DNA from: Lysobacterales bacterium
Lineage (GTDB): Bacteria; Pseudomonadota; Gammaproteobacteria; Xanthomonadales; SZUA-5
DNA length: 64,000 bases
NCBI GenBank assembly: GCA_022844165.1
Contig: JALHMH010000002.1
Coordinates: forward strand, 64,001 to 128,000
Reading direction: 5' to 3'
Positions within the stretch are counted from its first letter, which is position 1. Each line of letters opens with the position of its first letter. Below the pieces are notes generated by a model. The model did not search any database. It had not been told where the DNA came from and saw only the letters and a list, made by a program, of their open reading frames with translations. Made by a program: the position numbers and the translations under genes. Shown piece by piece: positions 19,175 through 29,030 of this stretch.

Positions 19175-19567
19175 TCAGTTATCCAACACAGCCATGTCGC
19201 CGACTTGGGCTTGTCCGGTGACGACCGCCGCGTGCGCATAGTGGTCGTCGAAGACGTCGACGATTCGGACTTGCCCCACTTGTTCGCGGCGGAATGGTGG
19301 GGCTTTCGGATTACCGCCAGTGGTGCGCATATGCCTGATCACGTTGAGGATCTGACCGCTTTCGGCTCCGTTTTGCCGGCCGACACACACCACAACCCCG
19401 CTCTCATCTGTCGACAAAACCTGCCCCTGCATGACGAATTCATGGCGCACCGATGTTCCTCCTGCGCATCCCGCCACCGAGGCGACGGCCACGGCCGCCC
19501 ATATCCAGCCCAGGCAATGCCGGCGGACGCCTGAAAACAGGCGGGTCGAGTTCGTTTTTGCGTTCAT
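19175..19567 (-). CDS. Small lipoprotein, paralog 1 of 3 (RHxFxMQGQVLS...VVCVG...DDHYA)
   Basis: VAGC lipobox, GGAG RBS, similar to 21235-21621 and 29031-29408. Confidence 0.8.
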   Translation of the reverse strand: MNAKTNSTRLFSGVRRHCLGWIWAAVAVASVAGCAGGTSVRHEFVMQGQVLSTDESGVVVCVGRQNGAESGQILNVIRHMRTTGGNPKAPPFRREQVGQVRIVDVFDDHYAHAAVVTGQAQVGDMAVLDN

Positions 19568-19663
19568 GTTGGATCTCCGTGTAATGTCGCCTGAGCGAAA
19601 TGCTTCAGACGCCGTAGCTCATCCTTTCGTTTGGCAATCACTGTCCGCCGTGCCGGCGGATTT

Positions 19664-19894
19664 TCAATCTTCGGTTCGCGGTTCGTCCGCGCTCTCGACG
19701 AGCAGCAACATTGCAGCCAGTCCGAGGCCAATCGCCGTATGGCCGACCAGCGTATGAATCTCGCTGCGCTCAAAGACAAAGGCATCGGCGATCGTCAAAA
19801 TGACACCGATCAGCACGATTACGCGAAAGGCAATTCGATGATTTCCGATGAACAGCAGAGTCGGAAGCAAGACCCTGTTTCTGAAAGTCGCCAC
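19664..19894 (-). CDS. Small two-TM membrane protein, paralog 1 of 2
   Basis: AGGAG RBS; LPTLL...DAFVFER..HTLVGH; similar to 30814-31017. Confidence 0.7.
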   Translation of the reverse strand: MATFRNRVLLPTLLFIGNHRIAFRVIVLIGVILTIADAFVFERSEIHTLVGHTAIGLGLAAMLLLVESADEPRTED

Positions 19895-19912
19895 GATATT
19901 CTCCTTGTCAGG

Positions 19913-20575
19913 TTATGGATTCGGATTGGTTTCGAGAGCTTTTTGACTGGGCTGGATCCTGCCTGCATGGCAAGGGCGGGTGCTGATCGGCACGAGGCTT
20001 GCCACCGTGCCTTCGGGTTGATCGCGAGCACCGAGCCAGGGACAAAGGCCACTCTCTTCCGCACCCAGTGCACTGTTGAATTTCGCGCTCATGTTCTGGA
20101 AGGAGATCCATGCGGTCAGCGCCACGATTTCGTGGTCATCGAATTGCTGCCGCAGTGACGCGGCCTGCGCTGGCCCCACGCGCCGCTGGGTGTCCGTCAT
20201 GGCTTCGGCGTAGTCCAAGGCGACGCGCTCGCGCTCCGAGTAAAGGTCACTGTCCTGCCAGCTCCCCACGGCTTCTGCTTTTGCACTGGAGCCAGTCGCG
20301 TGGAGCAGGTTGTAGGCATTCAGGTCGACACAGAATGCGCACCCGTTGAGTTGCGCAACCCGCGCCGAAACAAGACTGCGCAACGCTGCATCAACGGGAA
20401 ACGCCCTTCTTTGGAAAAGTCCGAGCAGCAACAACATGCCGCCGAAGGGTCCGGGGAGCCGTCCCCATAACCAGGAAGGTGGCAGTGTTCGACCGTACTT
20501 GCGCGCCTGCCGGCGAAAGAACCATCGCAGGTAGAACGGGTAGTCGCCGAATTGCTTGGCGGGGATCCAGGACAT
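19913..20575 (-). CDS. Carboxymuconolactone decarboxylase/AhpD-like protein
   Basis: RVAQLNGCAFCVDLN (CxxC), YSERERVALDYAEAMT. Confidence 0.88.
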   Translation of the reverse strand: MSWIPAKQFGDYPFYLRWFFRRQARKYGRTLPPSWLWGRLPGPFGGMLLLLGLFQRRAFPVDAALRSLVSARVAQLNGCAFCVDLNAYNLLHATGSSAKAEAVGSWQDSDLYSERERVALDYAEAMTDTQRRVGPAQAASLRQQFDDHEIVALTAWISFQNMSAKFNSALGAEESGLCPWLGARDQPEGTVASLVPISTRPCHAGRIQPSQKALETNPNP

Positions 20576-20581
20576 TGGTAG

Positions 20582-21127
20582 TCACCTGTTGTGATGACTG
20601 AACGGTGTGGATTTGCCATCCAAGTCGACGAGATAGACCGTGTAGGGCTGTACCTCGCCCGCTGGAGCCTCCATGCCGGGCGAGCCCAGCACCATGCCTG
20701 GAACGGTCAATCCCCGAGCCTTCGGTTTCTCGGTTAGCAGTCGTTGGATGTCGGCTGCAGGGACGTGGCCCTCGATGAAGTAGCCGCCGACGACCGCGGT
20801 GTGGCAAGACCCGCCGCCAACCGGAACCCCCATAGCGACTTTGAGTGGATTGAGGTCGTTCATCGACACCACCGAGACCGAGAATCCCGCGCGTTTCGCG
20901 TGGTCAACCCAAAGGCCGCAGCAGCCGCAACTGGGGCTCTTGTGCACCGTCATTGCCGGCAGGGAATCGACGGAGGGCGAGTCGGTGACTTCGGCGCCCG
21001 GCAGACTCGGGACCGTCATGGTCGCGGCCGCCGATGCGGCGTGGGTCTGCTGAATGCTGCTTTCGCTACTGCAGGCTGCGAGTACGCCAAGCAAAGAGAG
21101 TGCGAGCAGATGTGTTGATCGGATCAT
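20582..21127 (-). CDS. DUF411 (CopG-like) periplasmic copper protein, lipoprotein
   Basis: LAAC lipobox; KSPSCGCC, SCHTA, IEGHVP, PGMVLGSPGME. Confidence 0.9.
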   Translation of the reverse strand: MIRSTHLLALSLLGVLAACSSESSIQQTHAASAAATMTVPSLPGAEVTDSPSVDSLPAMTVHKSPSCGCCGLWVDHAKRAGFSVSVVSMNDLNPLKVAMGVPVGGGSCHTAVVGGYFIEGHVPAADIQRLLTEKPKARGLTVPGMVLGSPGMEAPAGEVQPYTVYLVDLDGKSTPFSHHNR

Positions 21128-21234
21128 GTGGGTTCCCCTCGGTAAGGCGCCGCAATGCGGCGCCGCTGGTTCGGTTTTGACGCCCGACCTCATGCCATTG
21201 GCCGTGGTGGGATCGGCTGCCAGTTGGGCGGTGC

Positions 21235-21621
21235 TCAGTTGTCCAGTTCCACCATGTCGCCGGTCTTGACTTCTCCGGTCACGATCGAGACGCGCGCGTA
21301 ATGGTCATCGTAGACATCGACGATGCGCACCTGCCCGACTTGGGCACGGCTGAAGGGAGCGCCTTCAACGATCGCCATTTCTGCGAAGTGCCTTATGACA
21401 TTGAGTACCTGTCCGTCGTGCGCGCCATCACGCTTGCCGATGCAAACGACGATTTCGTTGGCGTCCACGGACAACACTTGGCCTTGCATGAACTGGTGGC
21501 GGATTGCGCTGTCTCCGGTACAACCGGCCAGCGCCGTTGCCGCCACAAGGCCGACGAGCCATCCGAATCTGCGACGATTCTTGTTGACGGTGCGGTTGAT
21601 GCATGTGTGATTCCTATCCAT
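21235..21621 (-). CDS. Small lipoprotein, paralog 2 of 3
   Basis: ATG 21621 after GGAG; LAGC lipobox; RHQFMQGQVLS, VVCIG, DDHYA. Confidence 0.8.
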   Translation of the reverse strand: MDRNHTCINRTVNKNRRRFGWLVGLVAATALAGCTGDSAIRHQFMQGQVLSVDANEIVVCIGKRDGAHDGQVLNVIRHFAEMAIVEGAPFSRAQVGQVRIVDVYDDHYARVSIVTGEVKTGDMVELDN

Positions 21622-22010
21622 GACAGATCTCCGAGCTGACATAGCGGCCGGATCGGCCGCGGGGGATTTCGGGCCAACTTGAGGCCCAGGTATTGCCGAT
21701 CGCTGGCTCGACTCGCTTTGTCGGCACAAGCGAGACATCAACGCGGCCGCCGGGGCCGCATTGAGTGTTGTGATTGGGGAAAGCGTTGATTTCGCCGTGA
21801 GCAACATCCAATGGGATGCCATCGGCGGTCCAGCGCTCGTTCGGTTCGCAAATTCCACGTGCAGGAACTCCACCGCAGACGGCCCGGGGGCCGACATCGC
21901 ACGGTGAACGCTCAGGGGAGAAGTCGCTGAAGCGACGAAGACTAGATCCGGCGTTCAACCGTCCCGATACAGCTGCCAGCAGCAAGCCAGCAGCAACGGG
22001 TGCGGTGCGC

Positions 22011-22442
22011 CTAGATCAACAACACTCGGTAGATGCTGCCGTGGCGGTCACGGATCGCATCCGCTGTTCGCGGATCGCGCGCTGGGCCCGAGTTGCGATC
22101 CAGCCGCAGGAGGGCTATTTCGGCGCCACCGCCTGCCAGCGCAGGAAAGACCGGCGGCACGATGTCGCGGAGCTGCTTGTCAGCGTCGTCGCAATGCGCG
22201 CGGCACGCAATCTGGTTCAAGTCCGGCAACGCGCTGCCCATCGTGTCTGACGACATATGGGAGTGCAAGGACGAGTCTTGAGAGTCAGAGACTTGGGTTG
22301 AATGCGTGCCGTGCAGGCCGGGTGCCGCCCGACACAGATGTTCGGCCATCGCGATCTGATTGAGCAACATGGCGAGCACCGCCCACAACGCCAGCCATCG
22401 CCGACGCGGTTGACGAAATTGCTGGAGTGCCCTCGATGCCAC
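22011..22442 (-). CDS. Small exported Cys/His leader-like protein ending in VLLI
   Basis: QIAMAEHLC...ACRAHC...IYRVLLI*; paralog of 22668-23063. Confidence 0.7.
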   Translation of the reverse strand: MASRALQQFRQPRRRWLALWAVLAMLLNQIAMAEHLCRAAPGLHGTHSTQVSDSQDSSLHSHMSSDTMGSALPDLNQIACRAHCDDADKQLRDIVPPVFPALAGGGAEIALLRLDRNSGPARDPRTADAIRDRHGSIYRVLLI

Positions 22443-22469
22443 AGCCGCTTCCTAGCATTAGACAGCTTG

Positions 22470-22511
22470 ATCGTAGCGTGATCGATCCGCAGCGTCCTTG
22501 CGCTGGATCAA
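22470..22511 (-). promoter_or_regulatory. Class II FNR-type promoter for the leftward operon
   Basis: Minus strand TTGAT-CCAG-CGCAA (22498-22511) with -10 TACGAT (22470-22475); centre about -41.5. Confidence 0.6.
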
Positions 22512-22603
22512 GCACCGTGCGCGGTTCTTGCGCTGGAATGCGAGAACTGAGTTGAGACCGGCGTGCGCCCAATTCCCAAGCCGGCTCGCCTCCCCGTGGG
22601 TTC

Positions 22604-22646
22604 TTGATCAATATCAACTTGCGGGTCCGGCGAGTGCGCGTATCCT
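22604..22646 (+). promoter_or_regulatory. Class II FNR-type promoter for the cus operon
   Basis: Perfect TTGAT-CAAT-ATCAA (22604-22617) and -10 TATCCT (22641-22646); centre about -42.5. Confidence 0.7.
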
Positions 22647-22667
22647 CTTGGCAAGAAGGATCGGAAC

Positions 22668-23063
22668 ATGCGCGTGCCTCGTTTGGGTCTGAAATCGTTG
22701 CGTCGTCGCCTCCCGCGCTGGCTGATGCCGGTGCTGGCGATCTTGCTGTTGTGCCAGCAGGTAACGATTGCCGCGCACCTGTGTTCGATGCCGGCGCCGG
22801 TGACTATGGATGCTTCCGGTGGCTGCCATGACGACATGGGCAGTGGCGACCCGGCGATGTCGCCGGACTGCACCGCCCATTGCGCCGATCCAACCAAGCA
22901 CGTCACCGATGCCGTTGCGCTTGGCGTTCCGCCGCTACCGCCGATGATTTCCCGGCATGCGCTGTTAGTTGCAGCCGTAGCAACGGCAAGCCGTTCCACG
23001 TCCGACGATCCCGCCTCGCGGAATTGGCCACGGTTACGCGCGAGCACCATCCTGCTGATCTAA
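22668..23063 (+). CDS. Small exported Cys/His/Met leader-like protein ending in ILLI, heading cusCBA
   Basis: QVTIAAHLC...GCH..M...DCTAHC...STILLI*. Confidence 0.75.
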   Translation: MRVPRLGLKSLRRRLPRWLMPVLAILLLCQQVTIAAHLCSMPAPVTMDASGGCHDDMGSGDPAMSPDCTAHCADPTKHVTDAVALGVPPLPPMISRHALLVAAVATASRSTSDDPASRNWPRLRASTILLI

Positions 23064-23159
23064 CTCCCTTTCCGTGATTGGCTGCGGGCCATGGGCCCGT
23101 GGCTGCGCGTGCCCGGCGTTGACGCCGGGTGTCTGCCATCGCGTAGCGGAGCTTGATCC

Positions 23160-24422
23160 GTGAAAACCTCGATATTGTGGCCGCATGCACGCCGCCAGGC
23201 GTGCGCGCTGGCGTTGTTCCTTGCGTTGCCTGTCGCTGCGGCCAGCCCACCAGGCGCCGATCTCGATTCAGTGCATTCGTGGCTGCGGCAGCACAACTCC
23301 GCGCTGTTGGCGCGTACGCTGGATGCGGAGGCTGCTGCCGAGCGGATCGGGCCTGCCGGCGCGCTGCCCGATCCGATGTTCGAAATGGAACTCGACGGCA
23401 TCGACTTCGATCGCCCGCGCGCCCTGCCGGCGCAGGTGGAAACCACCGTGTACCGCGTGCGTCAGCAGTTCCCCCTGTGGGGCAAGCGCGCGTTGGCGCG
23501 CGAAGTCGCGACGCACGAGGCCGCGGCCGCCGGCTTTCGCCGCGAGGCCACGCTGCTGGAACTGGTAGAGCAGGCGGACATGGCCTGGCTCACCTGGTGG
23601 CATGCGCAGGCCAGCGCAACTGCGATCGACCGCGTACTCGGTGTGATGGCGCAGATGCGCGAGTTGGCGCGCACCCGCTACGCCGCCGGGCTGGCGCCAC
23701 AGCAGGACGCCATTCGCGCAGACGTGGAGCTGACTTCCATGCGGCGCATGCAGATCGAGTTGGTGGCGCAGGGCGCGCGGGCGCGCTCGACACTGAATGC
23801 CCGGCTCGGTCGGAATCCGCAGGACGTGCTGACGACACCGGCGGGCGAACCCGAGATTGCGCTCGATTTGCCGCTCGACGAACTGCTAGCGGACGCCGCC
23901 GAGCGCCACCCGATGACGCAGGCCGAAGCATCGATGCGCGCCGCCCGCTTGGGGATGGCCGAGGAAGTTCGTCGCGAGCGTCTGCCGGACATCGGGGTTG
24001 GTCTCGGGCTGATGCAGATGGGCGACCGAGCTGAGGGCTGGGAGCTGATGTTCGAGGTTGAGATCCCCCTGCAGCAGGGTGCGCGCCGCCAGCGCGAGCG
24101 TGCTGCAGACCTGCGAGCGGAAGCCGCCGGTGCACGTGAGCAGGCCATTGTCGATGAACTACGCGGGCGTGTCGGCGCCGCGTATGCCATGTGGCAGTCG
24201 GCTGGCGAGCAGGAAAGTCTCGTCTCTGGGCAATTGCTGCCTCAGGCGCAGGCCGGGTTGGAGTCGGCGCTCGCTGGCTATCAGGTCGGCGCGGTCGATT
24301 TCGACACGCTGCTGCAGGCGCTGACGCTGACGCTCAATGCCGAGCGCGACCGCCTGGACGCCCGGCGCGATCGCTTGCTGGCCGCCGTTGAACTGAAACT
24401 GCTGCAGGGAAAACTGCCATGA
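23160..24422 (+). CDS. cusC: TolC family outer-membrane factor (CusC-like)
   Basis: AGALPDPMF, QQFPLWGKR, GYQVGAVDF; first gene of the CBA operon. Confidence 0.85.
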   Translation: MKTSILWPHARRQACALALFLALPVAAASPPGADLDSVHSWLRQHNSALLARTLDAEAAAERIGPAGALPDPMFEMELDGIDFDRPRALPAQVETTVYRVRQQFPLWGKRALAREVATHEAAAAGFRREATLLELVEQADMAWLTWWHAQASATAIDRVLGVMAQMRELARTRYAAGLAPQQDAIRADVELTSMRRMQIELVAQGARARSTLNARLGRNPQDVLTTPAGEPEIALDLPLDELLADAAERHPMTQAEASMRAARLGMAEEVRRERLPDIGVGLGLMQMGDRAEGWELMFEVEIPLQQGARRQRERAADLRAEAAGAREQAIVDELRGRVGAAYAMWQSAGEQESLVSGQLLPQAQAGLESALAGYQVGAVDFDTLLQALTLTLNAERDRLDARRDRLLAAVELKLLQGKLP

Positions 24423-25789
24423 GTACTCCAAGAATCGTGACACTCGTTGCGGTGGTGGCCGCGCTGTCGGCCGCTGGCGGGTGGTGGCTGGGACAACGGC
24501 GGGCGGATACGCCCGAAGTGACCATCTCGAAGGCCGAACCGGCGCAGCCGCAAATCCTCTACTACCGCAACCCGATGGGCCTGCCCGACACGTCGCCGGT
24601 TCCAAAGAAGGACTCGATGGGCATGGATTACGTGCCGGTGTATGCGGGCGAGGCGCCGTCGACGCCGGGTACCGTAGTAATGTCGCCGGAGAAGGTGCAG
24701 TTGATCGGCGTGCGTACCGTCACGGTCGAACTGGCGCCGATGCAGCAGTCGCTGCGTGCCAGCGGCAGCATCGCCATCGATCAAGCACGTCAGTGGGTGA
24801 TCGCACCGAAGTTCGAAGGCTGGGTGCAAACGCTTGCAGCCAACCAGGTCGGCATGCGCGTGCGCCGCGGCCAGGCGCTGATGAGTGTCTACAGTCCCGA
24901 ACTGCGCTCGGCGCAAAACGAGTACCTGATCGCCCAGCGCGCCGCCGCGACCATGGCGGCGGCCGATCCGGCCAGCGCGGCGAGCATGCGCGATCTGTCC
25001 GGCGCGACGCTGGAGCGCCTGCGTAACTGGGGTATCGGTGGCGGCAGCCTGGAACGGCTGAAGGGTGGTCAGGTCGATCCCTACCTGACGTTGACGGCGC
25101 CGGCTGACGCAGTGATCACCGACAAGCCGGCAGTGCAGGGCATGCGCTTCATGGCCGGCGAGATGCTGTTGTCGCTGGCCGATCTGTCGCGCGTGTGGCT
25201 GGTGGCGAATGTGCCGGCCAGCGACTCGGCGCAACTGGTGCTCGGCCAGTCCGTGCAGTTCCGCACGTCGGCATTGCCCGGACGCACGTTCGACGGGACG
25301 ATCAGTTTCATCGCGCCGACCTTCGACGAAGCCAGTCGCACGCTGACGGTGCGCGTCGAACTCGACAATGCCGAGGGCGTCCTGCGGCCCGGCCTTTTCG
25401 GCGATGTCGAATTCCACGCAGATACCGGCCCGGCAGTACTCACCGTGCCGCGCTCGGCCGTGCTCGACAGCGGCACCCGCCAGGTGGTGTTCGTCGAACT
25501 CGCCGCCGGCCGCTTCGAGCCGCGCGCAGTGGCGATCGGCCGTCGCAGCGGCGATCGCGTCGAGATCAACGACGGCCTGGTGGAAGGCGAATCGGTGGTG
25601 TCGGCGGCGAACTTCCTGATCGATGCGGAGAGCAATCTCGGCGCGGCGCTGGACGGATTGAAAGCACCGGATCACGCGGGGCATGGCACCGCGCCCGCGG
25701 GGCGCGGGGACGAGCAAGACGCAGGTGACGCCGAGCCAGACCAGACGCCGGCCGACGGCGGACACCAGCACGCCCCGCAAGGAGGCTGA
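24419..25789 (+). CDS. cusB: CusB-like RND periplasmic adaptor
   Basis: YYRNPMG...KKDSMGMDYVPVY, YSPEL, ANFLIDAESNL. Confidence 0.92.
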   Translation: MSTPRIVTLVAVVAALSAAGGWWLGQRRADTPEVTISKAEPAQPQILYYRNPMGLPDTSPVPKKDSMGMDYVPVYAGEAPSTPGTVVMSPEKVQLIGVRTVTVELAPMQQSLRASGSIAIDQARQWVIAPKFEGWVQTLAANQVGMRVRRGQALMSVYSPELRSAQNEYLIAQRAAATMAAADPASAASMRDLSGATLERLRNWGIGGGSLERLKGGQVDPYLTLTAPADAVITDKPAVQGMRFMAGEMLLSLADLSRVWLVANVPASDSAQLVLGQSVQFRTSALPGRTFDGTISFIAPTFDEASRTLTVRVELDNAEGVLRPGLFGDVEFHADTGPAVLTVPRSAVLDSGTRQVVFVELAAGRFEPRAVAIGRRSGDRVEINDGLVEGESVVSAANFLIDAESNLGAALDGLKAPDHAGHGTAPAGRGDEQDAGDAEPDQTPADGGHQHAPQGG

Positions 25790-25790
25790 A

Positions 25791-28700
25791 ATGCTCTCCC
25801 GCCTGATCGAATGGTCGTTGCGCAACATCTTCCTGGTGTTGCTGGGCACGCTTGCGATCACCGCCGCCGGCATCTACGCGGTGTCGCGCACGCCGCTGGA
25901 CGCGCTGCCGGATTTGTCCGACGTGCAGGTGATTGTCTACACCGAGTACCCCGGCCAGGCGCCGCAGGTGGTCGAGGACCAGGTCACCTATCCGTTGACC
26001 ACGGCGATGCTGGCGGTGCCGAAATCGCGCGTGGTGCGCGGCTTCTCGTTCTTCGGCTCGTCGTTCGTCTACGTGATCTTCGAGGATGGCACTGATCTCT
26101 ACTGGGCGCGTTCGCGGGTACTGGAGTACCTGAACTTTGCGGCGGGGCGCCTGCCGCCGGGCGTGACGCCAACGCTGGGTCCCGATGCCACCGGCGTCGG
26201 TTGGGTCTACCAGTACGCGCTCGAAGGCAAGGACCGCTCGCTGGACGAGCTGCGCGCGATCCAGGACTGGTACGTGCGCTACCAACTGACCAAGGCGCAC
26301 GGCGTCGCCGAAGTCGCCAGTCTCGGTGGTTTCGTGCGCCAGTATTCGGTCACCGTCGATCCGGCCAAGCTGCGCCAGTTCGGTGTGCCGCTGATGCAGG
26401 TCGGCGAGGTGATCAAGGCCAGCAACCGCGACGTCGGCGGTCGCAGCGTCGAGATCAGCGAGACCGAGTACATGGTGCGCAGTCGCGGCTACCTGCGTGG
26501 CATCGCCGATATCGAGCAACTGGTGTTGCGCGCCGAAGGTGGCACGCCGGTGCTGATCCGCGATGTCGCCACCGTGGAACTGGCCGCCGATGAGCGTCGC
26601 GGCATCGCCGAGCTCAATGGCGAAGGCGAGGTGGTGTCCGGTGTGGCCATCGCGCGCTCTGGCGAGAACACGCTGGCGGTGATTCACAACCTCAAGGACA
26701 AGATCGCCGAGATCAGCAGCGGCCTGCCCGATGGCGTCGCCATCCGCAGCGTCTACGACCGCTCCGATCTGATCCACCGCGCAATCGCCACGCTGCAGAC
26801 CACGCTGATCGAGGAAAGCATCATCGTCGCGCTGGTGTGCATCGTGTTCCTGTTCCACGTGCGCAGCGCGCTGGTGGCTATCGTCATGCTGCCGATTGGC
26901 GTGCTGATCGCCTTCCTGGCGATGCACGCGCTCGGCATGAACTCCAACATCATGAGCCTCGGCGGTATCGCCATTGCCATAGGCGCGATGATCGACGCCG
27001 CGATCGTGATGATCGAGAACGCGCACAAACACATCGAGCGCGGCGGCGACCGCAGCCGACTGCAACTGATCATCGACGCTTGCAAGGAGGTCGGTCCGTC
27101 GTTGTTCTTTGGCCTTTTGATCATCACCGTGTCGTTCGTGCCGGTGTTTGCGCTGGAAGCGCAAGAGGGCCGCTTGTTCAAGCCGCTCGCCTACACCAAG
27201 ACCTTTGCGATGGCCGGCGCCGCGGTGCTGTCGGTGACGCTGGTGCCGGTGCTGATGTACCTGTTCGTGCGCGGCCGCATCCTTGCCGAATCAAAGAATC
27301 CGCTGAACCGCTTGCTGATCGCGATCTACCGTCCGGTGATCGCCTTCGTGCTGCGTTTCCAGAAGGGAGTGATCGCGCTGGCAGTGGTGGTGCTGATCGC
27401 GACCGCGTGGCCGGCCAGCCGGCTCGGCTCGGAGTTCATGCCGAGCTTGAACGAAGGCAGCCTGCTGTACATGCCGTCCTCGTTGCCGGGCATGAGCGTC
27501 ACCCAGGCCGGCCAGTTGCTGCAGACCCAGGACCGCATCATCAAGTCCTTCCCCGAGGTCGAATCGGTGTTCGGCAAGGCCGGGCGCGCACTGACCGCCA
27601 CCGATCCGGCGCCGCTGGAGATGTTCGAGACGGTGATCAACCTGAAGCCGCAGGATCAGTGGCGGCCGGGGATGACGCAAGACCAGTTGATCGCCGAAAT
27701 GGACAGCGCGCTCAAGTTTCCCGGCGTTGCCAACTCCTGGACGATGCCGATCAAGGCGCGCACCGACATGCTCTCCACCGGCATCCGTACACCGATCGGC
27801 ATCAAGGTGTTCGGCAAGGATTTGCAGCAGATCGAGACCGTCGCGCGCGACATCGAGCGCGTCGTGCGCGCCGTGCCCGGCACCACCAGCGCCTATGCCG
27901 AACGCCTGACCGGCGGCTTTTATCTGGACATCGAGCCGGACCTGACGCAACTGGCGCGCTATGGGTTGTCGGTCGGTGCCATCCAGGATGTGGTCGCCGC
28001 CGCACTCGGCGGCGAAATGGTCACCACCACGGTGGAGGGCCGCGAGCGCTTCGGCGTGATCGTGCGCTATCCGCGCGAATTGCGCGATTCGCCCGAACGC
28101 ATCGCCCGCGAAGTGCTCATTGCGACCATGGATGGCGCGCAGATCCCCCTCGGCGAACTCGCGCATGTGGGCCTGAGCCAGGGCGCACCCTCGATCCGCA
28201 CCGAGAACGCGCTGCTCAGCGCCTACATCTACGTCGACCTGCGCGGTCGCGACATCGGCAGCTATGTCGGCGATGCGCAGCGGGCGGTGGCCGAGCAGGT
28301 GGTCTTCCCGCCAGGGACTTACGCTACCTGGAGCGGCCAGTTCGAGTACATGCAGCGCGCGCAGGCCACGATGAAAGTGGTCATTCCGCTGACGCTCGGC
28401 ATCATCTTCCTGCTGCTGTATCTCAATTTCCGCCGCATCACCGAATCGCTGATCGTGATGTTCTCGGTACCGTTCGCGCTGGTCGGCGGCGTCTGGCTGA
28501 TGTGGGCGCTGAGCTACAACCTGAGCGTCGCGGTGGCCGTCGGATTCATCGCGCTTGCGGGCGTTGCCGCGCAGACCGGCGTGGTCATGCTGATCTATCT
28601 TGATCACGCACTGGCGGCGCGCGCCGCCGCGCGCAAGGCCGCCGGCGAGACGCTGATGGCGGCCGATCTGATCGACGCCATTGTCGAAGGTGCGGTCGAA

Positions 28701-28922
28701 CGCGTGCGCCCGAAGATGATGACCGTCACCGCGATCATCGCCGGCCTGCTGCCGATCATGTGGAGCACCGGCACCGGCTCGGAAGTCATGCGCCGCATCG
28801 CGGCGCCGATGGTCGGCGGGATGCTCTCGTCGACAGTGCTGACGCTGGTGGTGATACCAGCGGTGTATGCCTTGGTGAAGAGGCGTCAGACCTTGCAGAG
28901 AGATTCGAGCACGGCGCGGTAA
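25791..28922 (+). CDS. cusA: CusA/SilA Cu(I)/Ag(I) RND permease
   Basis: ATG after GGAGG; LDALPDLSDVQV, IGAMIDAAIVMIENAHK, Met triad (LLYMP, PLEMFET, WTMPI). Confidence 0.95.
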   Translation: MLSRLIEWSLRNIFLVLLGTLAITAAGIYAVSRTPLDALPDLSDVQVIVYTEYPGQAPQVVEDQVTYPLTTAMLAVPKSRVVRGFSFFGSSFVYVIFEDGTDLYWARSRVLEYLNFAAGRLPPGVTPTLGPDATGVGWVYQYALEGKDRSLDELRAIQDWYVRYQLTKAHGVAEVASLGGFVRQYSVTVDPAKLRQFGVPLMQVGEVIKASNRDVGGRSVEISETEYMVRSRGYLRGIADIEQLVLRAEGGTPVLIRDVATVELAADERRGIAELNGEGEVVSGVAIARSGENTLAVIHNLKDKIAEISSGLPDGVAIRSVYDRSDLIHRAIATLQTTLIEESIIVALVCIVFLFHVRSALVAIVMLPIGVLIAFLAMHALGMNSNIMSLGGIAIAIGAMIDAAIVMIENAHKHIERGGDRSRLQLIIDACKEVGPSLFFGLLIITVSFVPVFALEAQEGRLFKPLAYTKTFAMAGAAVLSVTLVPVLMYLFVRGRILAESKNPLNRLLIAIYRPVIAFVLRFQKGVIALAVVVLIATAWPASRLGSEFMPSLNEGSLLYMPSSLPGMSVTQAGQLLQTQDRIIKSFPEVESVFGKAGRALTATDPAPLEMFETVINLKPQDQWRPGMTQDQLIAEMDSALKFPGVANSWTMPIKARTDMLSTGIRTPIGIKVFGKDLQQIETVARDIERVVRAVPGTTSAYAERLTGGFYLDIEPDLTQLARYGLSVGAIQDVVAAALGGEMVTTTVEGRERFGVIVRYPRELRDSPERIAREVLIATMDGAQIPLGELAHVGLSQGAPSIRTENALLSAYIYVDLRGRDIGSYVGDAQRAVAEQVVFPPGTYATWSGQFEYMQRAQATMKVVIPLTLGIIFLLLYLNFRRITESLIVMFSVPFALVGGVWLMWALSYNLSVAVAVGFIALAGVAAQTGVVMLIYLDHALAARAAARKAAGETLMAADLIDAIVEGAVERVRPKMMTVTAIIAGLLPIMWSTGTGSEVMRRIAAPMVGGMLSSTVLTLVVIPAVYALVKRRQTLQRDSSTAR

Positions 28923-29030
28923 CGGCGCCGTCGGATATCCCCCTCGGCGACCGGCTCGACGGGTGGATGAGGGAAGCCGGCCGCGCACGCCCGCCGCATG
29001 CGGGTGCAAGTTCCCCAAACGGAGAGCAAC

